Below are positions 24,812 through 34,184 of a stretch of 64,000 bases of DNA, one piece after another (position 1 is the first letter of the stretch; the number at the start of each line of letters is the position of its first letter). The notes beneath the pieces are model-generated. The model saw nothing but the letters and a program-made list of their open reading frames with translations, was not told where the DNA came from and made no database searches. Origin of the DNA: Desulfosudaceae bacterium (lineage in GTDB: Bacteria > Desulfobacterota > Desulfobacteria > Desulfobacterales > Desulfosudaceae). Made by a program: the position numbers and the translations under genes. The stretch spans positions 1,856,001-1,920,000 of the forward strand of contig CAXXDV010000003.1 in assembly GCA_963674745.2 (NCBI GenBank), in the 5' to 3' direction.

Positions 24812-26314
24812 ATGAACAATTCTTCCCACCACTACCATCGTCTTACCGGTTATGACCGTCACCACATGTCACCCCATCGTCTGGACTGGGCGGGGCAGCC
24901 ACAGCTTGACAAACACTACCCCGACCTGCCGATTGTCAACCTGCCTGAGCCTTCTAAGCTGTATAAGGCAGGTTTATGGGATGTGCTGACCGGTAAAATC
25001 AAACCCGGGCAAGAAGCCGCCCCTGATCTGCAGCAGATATCAAGAGCCCTTTACCTGGCCAACGGGCTGACCGGCCGGTCCCGGCAGGGAAACGGCTATT
25101 TTTATTTTCGCAGTCCGCCTTCGGCCGGCGCACTTTACCCGAATGAGCTCTATCTGGCCTGGTTCAACACAAACGATGAGCTGGAAGCCGGTATTTACTA
25201 TTATGACACCTATCAGCGCCGCCTGCTCTGCATTCGCCGGGCAGACTGCCGCGCCTTCTTTCCGGAAACAGACAACCACACCTGCGGTCTTTTGTTGATG
25301 ACCGGCATATTCTTCCGAAGTGCCTGGAAATACCGTAAACGCGCCTTCCGTTACGTCCTGCTGGACGGCGGGCATCTGCTGGAAAGCACCCGGCTGGCCC
25401 TGACGGCCATGGGACGGAAAAGCGTTCTTGCCTATGATTTTGACGATGATCAATATAACCGTCTGCTGGGTCTGGATACGGACCGGGAAGTCTGCCTGGC
25501 GACCATCACCATCAACGGCCCGGAAGTAACCGGCGTTTCTTCTCTTTCGGAGATGTCTGAGCTTTCACCGGCAATTGCCGAAGCCAGCCGGGTATCTCCC
25601 CGTGAAACCGTTTATGACGAAATTACCGAAACATACCGGGCTGGAAAATCGATTCCCACCTCTGCCGCAAAGCCCCCCCGATTGGACTCGGACGATCTGG
25701 GCCTGCGTGTTAGCACCTGGAAGCCCATTAAGCCGCTTGCACCTGAAAATGACGATCCGGTCAGTCTGAACTATGCGGAATCGGTTCTGCGTCGGCGTTC
25801 GAAACGGAACTTCGTCCCCGAACCCGTTTCCGAGGCGCAACTCCTGAGTGTACTGGGAATGATCCGCCGGGCCTGCCTGGCCGGTGGTCAGGCGTTTCCG
25901 AATGCATCAAAAACCGTTCAAACGGGCTTTCTCTCCTGGGGTGTGGACAACATGAAACCGGGTTTTTATCTGCTGGATCCTTTTTCGGGAACTATCGGCA
26001 GCGTGCATGATATGGATTTGATCCCGCAGATGACCTCAGCCTGTCTGGATCAGGCCTGGCTTAAAAACGCGGCCCTGCATTTTCTCTTTATGACCAACCT
26101 GGCAAAACTGGATGACGACATGGGGGCCAGGGGATATCGATACGCCATGATGACCGCCGGCCGCCTGGGGCATATCATTTACCTGGCCGCCACATCAATG
26201 GGGCTGGGCTGTTGCGGCATCGGCGCTTTTTATGATCGCGAGGCCGAACAACTGCTGGGGTTGAACCGGGACGCGACACTGCTGTATCTGGTGGCAGTGG
26301 GACAAACGCGATAA
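24812..26314 (+). CDS. SagB/ThcOx-family FMN-dependent dehydrogenase (two nitroreductase domains)
   Basis: RSPPSAGALYP, WKYRKRAFRY, RRRSKRNF, RGYRY and LGCCGIGAF motifs. Confidence 0.88.
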   Translation: MNNSSHHYHRLTGYDRHHMSPHRLDWAGQPQLDKHYPDLPIVNLPEPSKLYKAGLWDVLTGKIKPGQEAAPDLQQISRALYLANGLTGRSRQGNGYFYFRSPPSAGALYPNELYLAWFNTNDELEAGIYYYDTYQRRLLCIRRADCRAFFPETDNHTCGLLLMTGIFFRSAWKYRKRAFRYVLLDGGHLLESTRLALTAMGRKSVLAYDFDDDQYNRLLGLDTDREVCLATITINGPEVTGVSSLSEMSELSPAIAEASRVSPRETVYDEITETYRAGKSIPTSAAKPPRLDSDDLGLRVSTWKPIKPLAPENDDPVSLNYAESVLRRRSKRNFVPEPVSEAQLLSVLGMIRRACLAGGQAFPNASKTVQTGFLSWGVDNMKPGFYLLDPFSGTIGSVHDMDLIPQMTSACLDQAWLKNAALHFLFMTNLAKLDDDMGARGYRYAMMTAGRLGHIIYLAATSMGLGCCGIGAFYDREAEQLLGLNRDATLLYLVAVGQTR

Positions 26315-26324
26315 AACAGCCGAC

Positions 26325-26488
26325 GGGCAGGCACGGGGGCCTGCCCCTACATTATTCATAAACGTCCGCCCTGGCCCGTAGGAGCAACCCCCTGTGGTTG
26401 CCCATCACCGGGCAGGCACGGGGGCCTGCCCCTACACCATATATGAACGACCTCCACGGCCCGTAGGAGCAACCCCCTGTGGTTGCCC
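26325..26488. repeat. BIME-like mosaic of four GTAG-type REP hairpins (A<- B-> A<- B->)
   Basis: GGGCAGGCACGGGGGCCTGCCCCTAC at 26325 and 26410; GTAGGAGCAACCCCCTGTGGTTGCCC at 26378 and 26463; lies between convergent genes. Confidence 0.9.
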
Positions 26489-26498
26489 TTTTACCAAG

Positions 26499-27296
26499 CT
26501 AGCTGATATCCACGACCATCCGCTCGATTGATCGCCCGTCCGCCAGCGCATAAACACATTTTTTCATCCGCAAACGGTCTTCCGCAAACAACTGGACGCA
26601 AGCCGGGTAAAGTTGCCACTCTAAATTAAGGCCCTTTTTCCGGACATTCTCAATCGTATCATCGGGCTGAATTTCAAAAGCCCGTTGCCCGATGATCGGG
26701 CCGGTATCTTCACCGTAATCAATAAAATGAACGGTGCACCCGCCGACTTTGCATCCATACCGGAACGTATCGCCATAACCGTCCACGCCCGGGAATGACG
26801 GCAGCAGGGCCGGATGAATGTTCATAATCCGGGGATGTTCCGGGTCCTTGTTGACCCGGTCAATAAAATACGGTGTCAGATTTCGCATGAAACCGGCCAG
26901 GATCAGCAGGTCAAAAGGACTGGCCGACATATGTGACAGCAATTGATGTTCGGCCACGGCCCGGGACGTTAAAAAGGCCCGGGCTTTATCGTCCGGAAGA
27001 TCTCCCGGAAGCAAGGCGGTCTTGCGAAACACCGCCTTCAAATCGAAATCATCGGGAACGGCCAGGGAATCCGGCGCTTGCCCCCCCGGCACCTGCCGGA
27101 ACTCCCGGATGATCTGCCGGTAATCAACGAAAAAGGTCGGTACGCCTGCCGCACGGGCTTTTTCAAGGCCGGCGGCGTCTGGATTATCAGCACCCACAAA
27201 AACCATTGTGCCGTCAATTTTACCTGCCTTGCAGGCGTCCAGTACAGCTGTCATGTTGGTGCCGGTTCCGGAAATCAAGGCGCCGATACGTATCAT
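26499..27296 (-). CDS. purN: Phosphoribosylglycinamide formyltransferase (with internal insertion)
   Basis: LISGTGTN, LAGFMR, NIHPALLPSFPG, GCTVHF and DTGPII motifs. Confidence 0.92.
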   Translation of the reverse strand: MIRIGALISGTGTNMTAVLDACKAGKIDGTMVFVGADNPDAAGLEKARAAGVPTFFVDYRQIIREFRQVPGGQAPDSLAVPDDFDLKAVFRKTALLPGDLPDDKARAFLTSRAVAEHQLLSHMSASPFDLLILAGFMRNLTPYFIDRVNKDPEHPRIMNIHPALLPSFPGVDGYGDTFRYGCKVGGCTVHFIDYGEDTGPIIGQRAFEIQPDDTIENVRKKGLNLEWQLYPACVQLFAEDRLRMKKCVYALADGRSIERMVVDIS

Positions 27297-27419
27297 GGTG
27301 ATTAGTCCTTGCCAGGTTAAACCAGTTATGGAATAAATTGTAATAAACTATACTCATGATTGAGGCGGTGTTTCAAGATAAAACCGCCGGAACAAACGTC
27401 GACTCGATACAGGTTTAGC

Positions 27420-28670
27420 ATGCAGTCTTTCGATGTCATCATCATCGGCGCCGGGCCGGCCGGTGCGACATGTGCCCGGCAACTGGCTCGCAGAAACATG
27501 CGTGTTCTGCTTCTGGACAAGGCCCGTTTCCCCCGGACAAAACCTTGCGGCGGTGGCTTTTCTCAAAAAGCCAGAGACCTGTTTGATTTTGATTTATCCG
27601 CCGTCATTGAAGCAGAGATCACCGAAGCCGAGATATCCCTGCGCTCCAGGAACCCGGCCCTGGTCAATCGACCCGATGGTGCCGGATATATGATCACCCG
27701 GGACAAATTTGACACATTGCTGGTCAAAAAAGCGATCGAAGCAGGCACCGAGGTGCATGAACAGGAGGCCTTTGTCAAGCTGCATCCGGAAAAAACCGGC
27801 TGGGTGGTCAAAACCGAACGTGATCAATACTATGGCGACTTTCTGGTCGGTACCGACGGTGCGGTATCCAGAACCGCCCGAGCCCTCGGGCTGATGCGCG
27901 GTTTTGACCGATATGCACCGGCGCTGACCGCTGAAGTCGAGATATCTTCCGACCAGCTTAAATCTTTTACACACCGTGTCAGCTTTGATTTTCACGTGGT
28001 TAAAAAAGGATATGCCTGGATTTTCCCCAAATCGGACCATTTATCCGTCGGCGTATTTTCCACCATATTGCGCCAGAAAGGCATGAATGCCATTCTGCTG
28101 AAGTTCATCAACAATCATGAACTCCTGCAGGGGAAAAAAATCCGCTACTGGAAAGGGGGCTTGATCCCCAGGGGAGGGACACCGCATCCGCTGGTCAAAG
28201 ACAGTGCCCTGCTGGCCGGAGACGCCGCCGCCATGACCGATCCTTTTTTCGGAGAAGGCATATACTATGCCGCCAGGTCGGGGATGCTGGCCGCCGAAGC
28301 CATCGGGAAAGCCGTAAACGAAGGAACCGGTTCCCTCCAGCATTATGAACAGGTCATTAACCGGGAAATTACCCGTGATCTCTGGTGGGCCAGGGTATTC
28401 AACTTCGGATTTTACCGGTTCCCCTTTGTTTTTTACCCGGCCGTGCGTCACTCCAGTCGCCTTCAGCAACTTATCATTGATGTCAACAGCGGCCGGATAA
28501 GCTGGCGGGAAAGTGTCCGTGAACTGGTCCGCACCCTCCCCTTGTGGGTCTCACAAGCACTACTCCCCCTAGCCCGAATATTTCACGAACAGGGGCGACC
28601 CGCCGGTCGCCCCTACGCCCTTGGCAACAAATTAGTACCCTCGAGACACGGAACCCGAAAAAACACATAA
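27420..28670 (+). CDS. Geranylgeranyl reductase family FAD-dependent oxidoreductase; C-terminus runs through repeat DNA
   Basis: IIGAGPAG, FPRTKPCGGG, GYAWIFPK and AGDAA..TDPFFGEGIYYA; start probably ATG 27420. Confidence 0.88.
   Translation: MQSFDVIIIGAGPAGATCARQLARRNMRVLLLDKARFPRTKPCGGGFSQKARDLFDFDLSAVIEAEITEAEISLRSRNPALVNRPDGAGYMITRDKFDTLLVKKAIEAGTEVHEQEAFVKLHPEKTGWVVKTERDQYYGDFLVGTDGAVSRTARALGLMRGFDRYAPALTAEVEISSDQLKSFTHRVSFDFHVVKKGYAWIFPKSDHLSVGVFSTILRQKGMNAILLKFINNHELLQGKKIRYWKGGLIPRGGTPHPLVKDSALLAGDAAAMTDPFFGEGIYYAARSGMLAAEAIGKAVNEGTGSLQHYEQVINREITRDLWWARVFNFGFYRFPFVFYPAVRHSSRLQQLIIDVNSGRISWRESVRELVRTLPLWVSQALLPLARIFHEQGRPAGRPYALGNKLVPSRHGTRKNT
28591..28616 (-). repeat. GTAG-type REP hairpin
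   Basis: AGGGGCGACC-CGCC-GGTCGCCCCTAC perfect stem; related REPs at about 31206-31231, 53145-53185 and 56615-56633. Confidence 0.8.
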
Positions 28671-28867
28671 ACGCCCATATAATCAAACGCTTAATAATAT
28701 AAATGCTGTTACCAACCGGGCACCCATATATTTAAATTCATTGACCGTGATAAGCATTTCTGATATAATTTAAAAGTTAGAATTAAGGTTTATAAACCTT
28801 GCCCGGTTGGAGACTGGACTTGTAGAAAATAGACCTGAGAAGAACCTGGAGAGCTGAAACTGCTGTG

Positions 28868-29542
28868 ATGAAAAAAGTTATTTGGGCCGGGTTTTTAACC
28901 CTGACCATTCTGTTAATCCTTATTGATGCCGGTATCAGTGCTGAGCGTGACTGGACCCACCTTTTCGCCAAGGACGGAATTGATGTTTATTACAAAACCT
29001 ATCCCGGCACCCCTGTCTGTGCCTTTAAAGGCGTCGGCTTTGTGAATGCCGGTATGGCGGTTGTCCGTTCCGTTCTCCAGGATATTTCCGCCTACCCCCA
29101 ATGGATGGCCCGATGCAAAGAGTCGGTGATTCTGAAAAACGTCGATCCTGATACCAGAATCTTCTACGGCGTGGTTGACACGCCCCTTCCTTTTAAAGAC
29201 CGGGACATGATTTTAAGCAACCGGACGATTCATCATCCCGACAAAGGACGGGCTGAAATCATTTTTGATCTGTCTGACCAGGGGATTGTCCCGCCCAGAA
29301 AAAAATATTTCAGGGTTACGGAACTTTCCGGCAAGTACATTCTTGAAAAAATCGACTGCAACAAAACCCGGGTCACTTTTATCTACCAGGGCGATCCCGG
29401 CGGCAAAATTCCCGTTGCCATTGCCAACTGGCTTGAAAGCAGGTATTATCCCCATCGTATTTTAATGGGGTTACGGGAAATGGTAAAAAAAGATAAATAT
29501 CTTTCATCAGCGCGGTCTGATAGTGACCTGAACCGGAACTGA
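28868..29542 (+). CDS. Secreted START/SRPBCC-domain lipid-binding protein
   Basis: Signal peptide; W...KDGIDVY, YPQW, P.PFKDRD and DPGGKIP START pattern. Confidence 0.8.
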   Translation: MKKVIWAGFLTLTILLILIDAGISAERDWTHLFAKDGIDVYYKTYPGTPVCAFKGVGFVNAGMAVVRSVLQDISAYPQWMARCKESVILKNVDPDTRIFYGVVDTPLPFKDRDMILSNRTIHHPDKGRAEIIFDLSDQGIVPPRKKYFRVTELSGKYILEKIDCNKTRVTFIYQGDPGGKIPVAIANWLESRYYPHRILMGLREMVKKDKYLSSARSDSDLNRN

Positions 29543-29655
29543 TCCAACCTGGAAAGACTCGGCCGTCTCCAGGTCCAGTCTTTTAAGCAACATAGCGCTG
29601 CTCCACGCAATGAAGTCAGAAGTTTTAGGTTTTATGTTCCTGGACGTACAAGTCA

Positions 29656-31167
29656 GTGCGCCGGAAAAAACACAGGGCTCCTATCCATTTGCTGCTTAAA
29701 ACGAAAATTTTGGGAAGAGGACATCTACGTCACTTTGTTTTGATGTGCGTCGTCCTATTGATTGTGGCCTGCAGCCAACCGCCGGCCGACAACCAGGTAA
29801 ATGAGGGTGAGGGGCACCGGCTGGATGCCCACCTTTCAAAGGCATATACCGACGATCTTCCCGGCCTGTTAAAAAGAAAATATATCCGTGTTCTCACCAC
29901 CATGAACCGGACAAACTTTTTCCTGGTAGACGGCCGGCTCCATGGCTTTGAATACTCCCTGCTTAAAGCCTATGAAAAACAACTGAACAAAAGTATCGGC
30001 CGCAATGAACTGAAAGTGACCATGGAATTTATTCCTGTTCCCCGGGACCGGTTGTTACCCGGTCTGGTGGAAGGAATCGGAGACATCGCCGCCGCCGGCC
30101 TGACCATTACCCAACAACGACAGGAAAGCATCGATTTCACAAGGCCCTACCTGACCGGGGTGGATGAAGTGCTTGTCAGCCACAAGCAGGTCAAGCCACC
30201 GCCCGACCTTGATGCGTTATCTGGCCAGGAAATTTTTGTAAGGAAAAGCAGCAGTTATTATGACAGCCTGCTGAGCTTGAATCATCACCTGTCTGAAAAA
30301 GGTCTTAAACCGGTAATAATCGAAGCGGCCGATGAAACCCTTGAAACCGAAGACATCCTTGAAATGGTCAACACCGGCGCCATCAAGCGGACCATTGCTG
30401 ACAGTCATCTGGCCGGGATCTGGTCCAATGTACTCGAAAATATACATGTGTATGAAAGCATTAAATTTCGTGAAGAAAGCAAAATCGCCTGGGCCGTCCG
30501 GGAGGACAATCCGCAATTGAAACAGAGCCTGGATACTTTCTTAAAGACCCACCGTAAAGGCACGCTGCTGGGGAACATCTTTTTCAACCGCTATTATAAA
30601 GACAACGCCTGGATCCAAAATCCGCTTGAAAACAGCGACAGTCAAAAAGTGAAGGCGCTCAAGCCTTTGATTGAAAAGTATGCCGACCGTTACGGTTTTG
30701 ACTGGCGGTTGATTCTGGCCATGGCTTATCAGGAATCTGGCCTGGACCCGGATAAAAAAAGCGACAAGGGCGCAACAGGACTCCTGCAACTCCTGCCGTC
30801 TACCGCCGCCGATCCCAATGTGAACATCAAAAACATCAGTGACCTTGAGAACAATATCCACGCCGGTATCAAATACCTGGACTTTCTCAGAGACCGTTAC
30901 TTCGCAGACAGCCGCATCCTTCCCCGGGACCGGGTCAGATTCTCTCTGGCATCCTATAATGCCGGCCCGGCCAATATCCGCCGGGCCAGGGCAAAGGCGA
31001 CAGAAATGGGGCTTGACCCGGATCGCTGGTTCCGAAACGTGGAGGTGGCTGCCCTGCAATCCATCAGCCGGGAACCGGTACTATACGTCAGTAACATCAA
31101 TAAATACTACGTGATTTACCAGAACGCCTTACCCGGAGAAGGTGAAGATGAGCCACAGCGGCCATAG
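29656..31167 (+). CDS. MltF-like lytic transglycosylase (SBP + SLT domains)
   Basis: GFEY, GDIAAAGLT, AMAYQESG, GATGLLQL and ASYNAGP motifs; start uncertain. Confidence 0.9.
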   Translation: MRRKKHRAPIHLLLKTKILGRGHLRHFVLMCVVLLIVACSQPPADNQVNEGEGHRLDAHLSKAYTDDLPGLLKRKYIRVLTTMNRTNFFLVDGRLHGFEYSLLKAYEKQLNKSIGRNELKVTMEFIPVPRDRLLPGLVEGIGDIAAAGLTITQQRQESIDFTRPYLTGVDEVLVSHKQVKPPPDLDALSGQEIFVRKSSSYYDSLLSLNHHLSEKGLKPVIIEAADETLETEDILEMVNTGAIKRTIADSHLAGIWSNVLENIHVYESIKFREESKIAWAVREDNPQLKQSLDTFLKTHRKGTLLGNIFFNRYYKDNAWIQNPLENSDSQKVKALKPLIEKYADRYGFDWRLILAMAYQESGLDPDKKSDKGATGLLQLLPSTAADPNVNIKNISDLENNIHAGIKYLDFLRDRYFADSRILPRDRVRFSLASYNAGPANIRRARAKATEMGLDPDRWFRNVEVAALQSISREPVLYVSNINKYYVIYQNALPGEGEDEPQRP

Positions 31168-31310
31168 CGGATACTTGCCCGTCCCCCTGTTGGTGCCCTT
31201 TTATCGGGCGGCCACAGGGAACCGCCCCTACAACATTTGCAGGCATCCTGCAACAAAAGGGAACCATCTAGGGCAACTCACCCGAAGGGTGAAGTGTCCG
31301 GGCTAAAGGC

Positions 31311-32120
31311 TCAGTCAACGCCTCCCGGGGAAAAACGGCCAGGCCTCAACCGTGAAGCCGGATCCTGGCGGTAATATTCTTTTAGAACATGATAAAGCCG
31401 GGGCGCGTGGTTAAGCATGACATCAGGTTGGTCAAAAAACTGCTCTGTGGCGACAGCGAAAAATTCGGCTTCATTGACAGCGCCATAAGCATTCAGGAAT
31501 GTTCTTCGACCGCTTCCGGCATCCTGTCGCAACCGCAGGAACTCTTCGGCACATATGCTTACCCACTCACCATATTCAGAACGGTTGCGCAGCGGCGGTG
31601 TGCCGTCGGCCGCGCCATCGAGCATGTCCAGCTTGTGGGCGAACTCGTGATAAATCACATTATGCCCCAGTTCCGGATGCCGGCTGCCTCGAAGTGCGGC
31701 GTCCCAGACGATAATAACCGGTCCGTGCTGAAAAGCCTGCCCATGAAGGGGTTGACTCGGCTCGAGCGGGGATCGGACGATTTCAAAGAGACCGGGTTTC
31801 CGCTGAGGCGGGATGACCGTGGAAGGATACACAATAATCGTCTTAACATTCCGATAATAATTATGATCCAGCCCCAGCAGCAACAGGCAGGCCTGGGCTG
31901 AAACGGTAACGCGAATCTCATCGTTCAGGACAAGGCCACCGGCCCCTTCCCAGTATTTTTCGGCAATAAACACCTGAATGAGGGCACGTAACCGGGCCCG
32001 TTCTTCCGTGTTGAGCATGGCGTAATGGGCGACATTACGCCGTACAATCGCTTCCCAGGCGGAAGGGAAGGGTTTCGCCGTCAGCTTTTTCCGTCGCCGA
32101 TTGGCCAGCCAGGCAAACAT
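31311..32120 (-). CDS. MtfA-like zinc-dependent peptidase (M90)
   Basis: AQACLLLL, IIVYP, NVIYHEFAHKLD and YGAVNEAEFFAVATEQFF motifs. Confidence 0.9.
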   Translation of the reverse strand: MFAWLANRRRKKLTAKPFPSAWEAIVRRNVAHYAMLNTEERARLRALIQVFIAEKYWEGAGGLVLNDEIRVTVSAQACLLLLGLDHNYYRNVKTIIVYPSTVIPPQRKPGLFEIVRSPLEPSQPLHGQAFQHGPVIIVWDAALRGSRHPELGHNVIYHEFAHKLDMLDGAADGTPPLRNRSEYGEWVSICAEEFLRLRQDAGSGRRTFLNAYGAVNEAEFFAVATEQFFDQPDVMLNHAPRLYHVLKEYYRQDPASRLRPGRFSPGGVD

Positions 32121-32123
32121 GGA

Positions 32124-34172
32124 TCATTTTTCCATACAAAGGACGATGGCCGTCCGTGTGGGCAGATAAAGGCTCAGCGCGTTTCGGTTACCATCGTTGG
32201 AATCGATCGGCAACGTAAAGTACGCCTGGTCCGGTGCCAGGCGATCATGCCCGCCATAACGCCGGCTGTCGCTGTCTAAAACCAGACGGTATTTCCCGGT
32301 TGGCGCGGGTACAGGGTAGTCGACATGAGACACGGTGGGATGAAAGTTAAATACAAACAATAAACCATTGCGCATGAATGCGATTATCTTGTCTTCATTA
32401 TGCTCGGTCAGAAGATACGGCCAGGGATCGGCAAAGAGAGAGGCTTTCTTCGCCAGGTTGATCATAGCCCGGTCAAACTGTTGTAAAAAACCGTACTTCA
32501 GGTCGGGGTTATCCACCAGTGACCATTGCCGCCGGGCATGATGATAGGACCAGCCGTTTCCAGCCCGGGGGAAATCGATCCATTCCGGGTGCCCGAACTC
32601 ATTGCCGATGAAATTCAGGTAGCCGTGACCGGCAGTCGCCAGTGTTATCAGGCGTATCATTTTATGCAGGGCCATGGCCCGATCAATGACAAGGCTGGTA
32701 TCGTTAACGTGCATCTGATCATACATGGCCGCGTCCGCCAGCCTGAACATCAGCGTTTTATCCCCGACCAGTGCCTGATCATGGGATTCGGCATAATTGA
32801 TCGATCCTTCACCGGCGCGGCGATTATTTAGCTCATGCCACAGTGTTCCCATGGGCCAGTCTTCATCGCGGTACTCCTTGGTCAGTTTTATCCAGAAGTC
32901 CGGAACCCCCATGGCCAGCCGAAAATCAAAACCGCAGCCGCCTCCTGACAACGGCACAGCCAGGCCGGGCATACCGCTGATATCTTCGGCAATGGTGACG
33001 GCATCCGGGCGCACTTCATGAATAACGGTATTGGCCAGTGCCAGGTAAGTCAGGGCATCTTCATCCACATTGGAATTAAAATAATCATCATACGAGGTAA
33101 ATGCTTTTTCCAGACCATGATCCAGATAAAGCATGCTGGTGATACCGTCAAAACGAAATCCGTCAAACCCGTATTCCTCCAGCCAGAAGCGACAATTGGA
33201 CAACAGAAACCGCAACACCGGCAGCTTGCCGTAATCAAAACAGCGGGAATCCCAGGCATGATGCATGCCCCGGGGATCGTCATGAAAGTACTGATAGCGG
33301 GTGCCGTCAAACCGGCTAAGCCCCTCTACTTCATTGTTGACGGCATGAGAATGGACAAGGTCCATGATAACCGACAATCCGGCGCCGTGAGCGGTGTCGA
33401 TCAGATGTTTCAATTCTTCCGGGGTCCCGAAACGGGAGGATACGGCAAAAAAACTGGAAACATGATAACCGAAGGAGCCATAGTATGGATGTTCCTGTAC
33501 GGCCATCAGTTGCATGACGTTGTATCCGGAGGCGGCAATACGGGGAATCACTTTTTCGGTAAACTCAGAAAAGGAACCCACCCGCCCCTCTTCCTGGGCC
33601 ATGCCCACATGGGCCTCATAAATTAAAGTCTGCCCCCCCTGCTTGTCCGGACGATCATACTGCCATTGATAATCCGGCCGGTGCCACACCTGGGCGTTAA
33701 AAATCAAGGTCTCCGGGTCCTGAACAACGCGTCTGGCATAAACGGGAATCCGGTCGCCACCACCGCCGGGCCAGGCCATATAAAGCCGGTAATAATCACC
33801 ATGGGCAAGCGCATCGGCCGGCAGATGAAGCTCCCAGAGACCTTCATTGCCTCTTTTTTGCAGCTCGAAGTTCTTTTTCCGCTGCCAGGCGGTCATGTTC
33901 CCGATCAGCCATATGGATTCGGCATTGGGCGCCCATTCCCTGAATACCCATTCATTGTTTTTAAAATGCAGGCCGAAATAATTATGACTGTCGGCAATAT
34001 CGGATAATCGCGATCCGCTTTGCCCGATAAGACGACCGGCCACTTCATCAAGGTTCGACAGGCGATTTTCCAGGGCCCGGGCATAAGGGGCCAGGTAAGC
34101 GTCACCATCAACCAGCGACTTCACCATGGCTTGGACAGACCGTCTGTGATTACCGTCAGGTGTATTTGACAT
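32124..34172 (-). CDS. glgB: 1,4-alpha-glucan branching enzyme (GH13, eukaryote/Bacteroidota-like type)
   Basis: FREWAPNA, IYEAHVGM, QEHPYYGSFGYHV, DGFRFDGITSMLY, YAESHDQALVGDKT and GNEFGHPEWIDFPR motifs. Confidence 0.93.
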   Translation of the reverse strand: MSNTPDGNHRRSVQAMVKSLVDGDAYLAPYARALENRLSNLDEVAGRLIGQSGSRLSDIADSHNYFGLHFKNNEWVFREWAPNAESIWLIGNMTAWQRKKNFELQKRGNEGLWELHLPADALAHGDYYRLYMAWPGGGGDRIPVYARRVVQDPETLIFNAQVWHRPDYQWQYDRPDKQGGQTLIYEAHVGMAQEEGRVGSFSEFTEKVIPRIAASGYNVMQLMAVQEHPYYGSFGYHVSSFFAVSSRFGTPEELKHLIDTAHGAGLSVIMDLVHSHAVNNEVEGLSRFDGTRYQYFHDDPRGMHHAWDSRCFDYGKLPVLRFLLSNCRFWLEEYGFDGFRFDGITSMLYLDHGLEKAFTSYDDYFNSNVDEDALTYLALANTVIHEVRPDAVTIAEDISGMPGLAVPLSGGGCGFDFRLAMGVPDFWIKLTKEYRDEDWPMGTLWHELNNRRAGEGSINYAESHDQALVGDKTLMFRLADAAMYDQMHVNDTSLVIDRAMALHKMIRLITLATAGHGYLNFIGNEFGHPEWIDFPRAGNGWSYHHARRQWSLVDNPDLKYGFLQQFDRAMINLAKKASLFADPWPYLLTEHNEDKIIAFMRNGLLFVFNFHPTVSHVDYPVPAPTGKYRLVLDSDSRRYGGHDRLAPDQAYFTLPIDSNDGNRNALSLYLPTRTAIVLCMEK

Positions 34173-34184
34173 GATAATATTTCG

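Noticed and set aside
24812..26314. SagB-like gene as part of a RiPP (TOMM) cluster
   Set aside because: No YcaO, precursor peptide or transporter is nearby.
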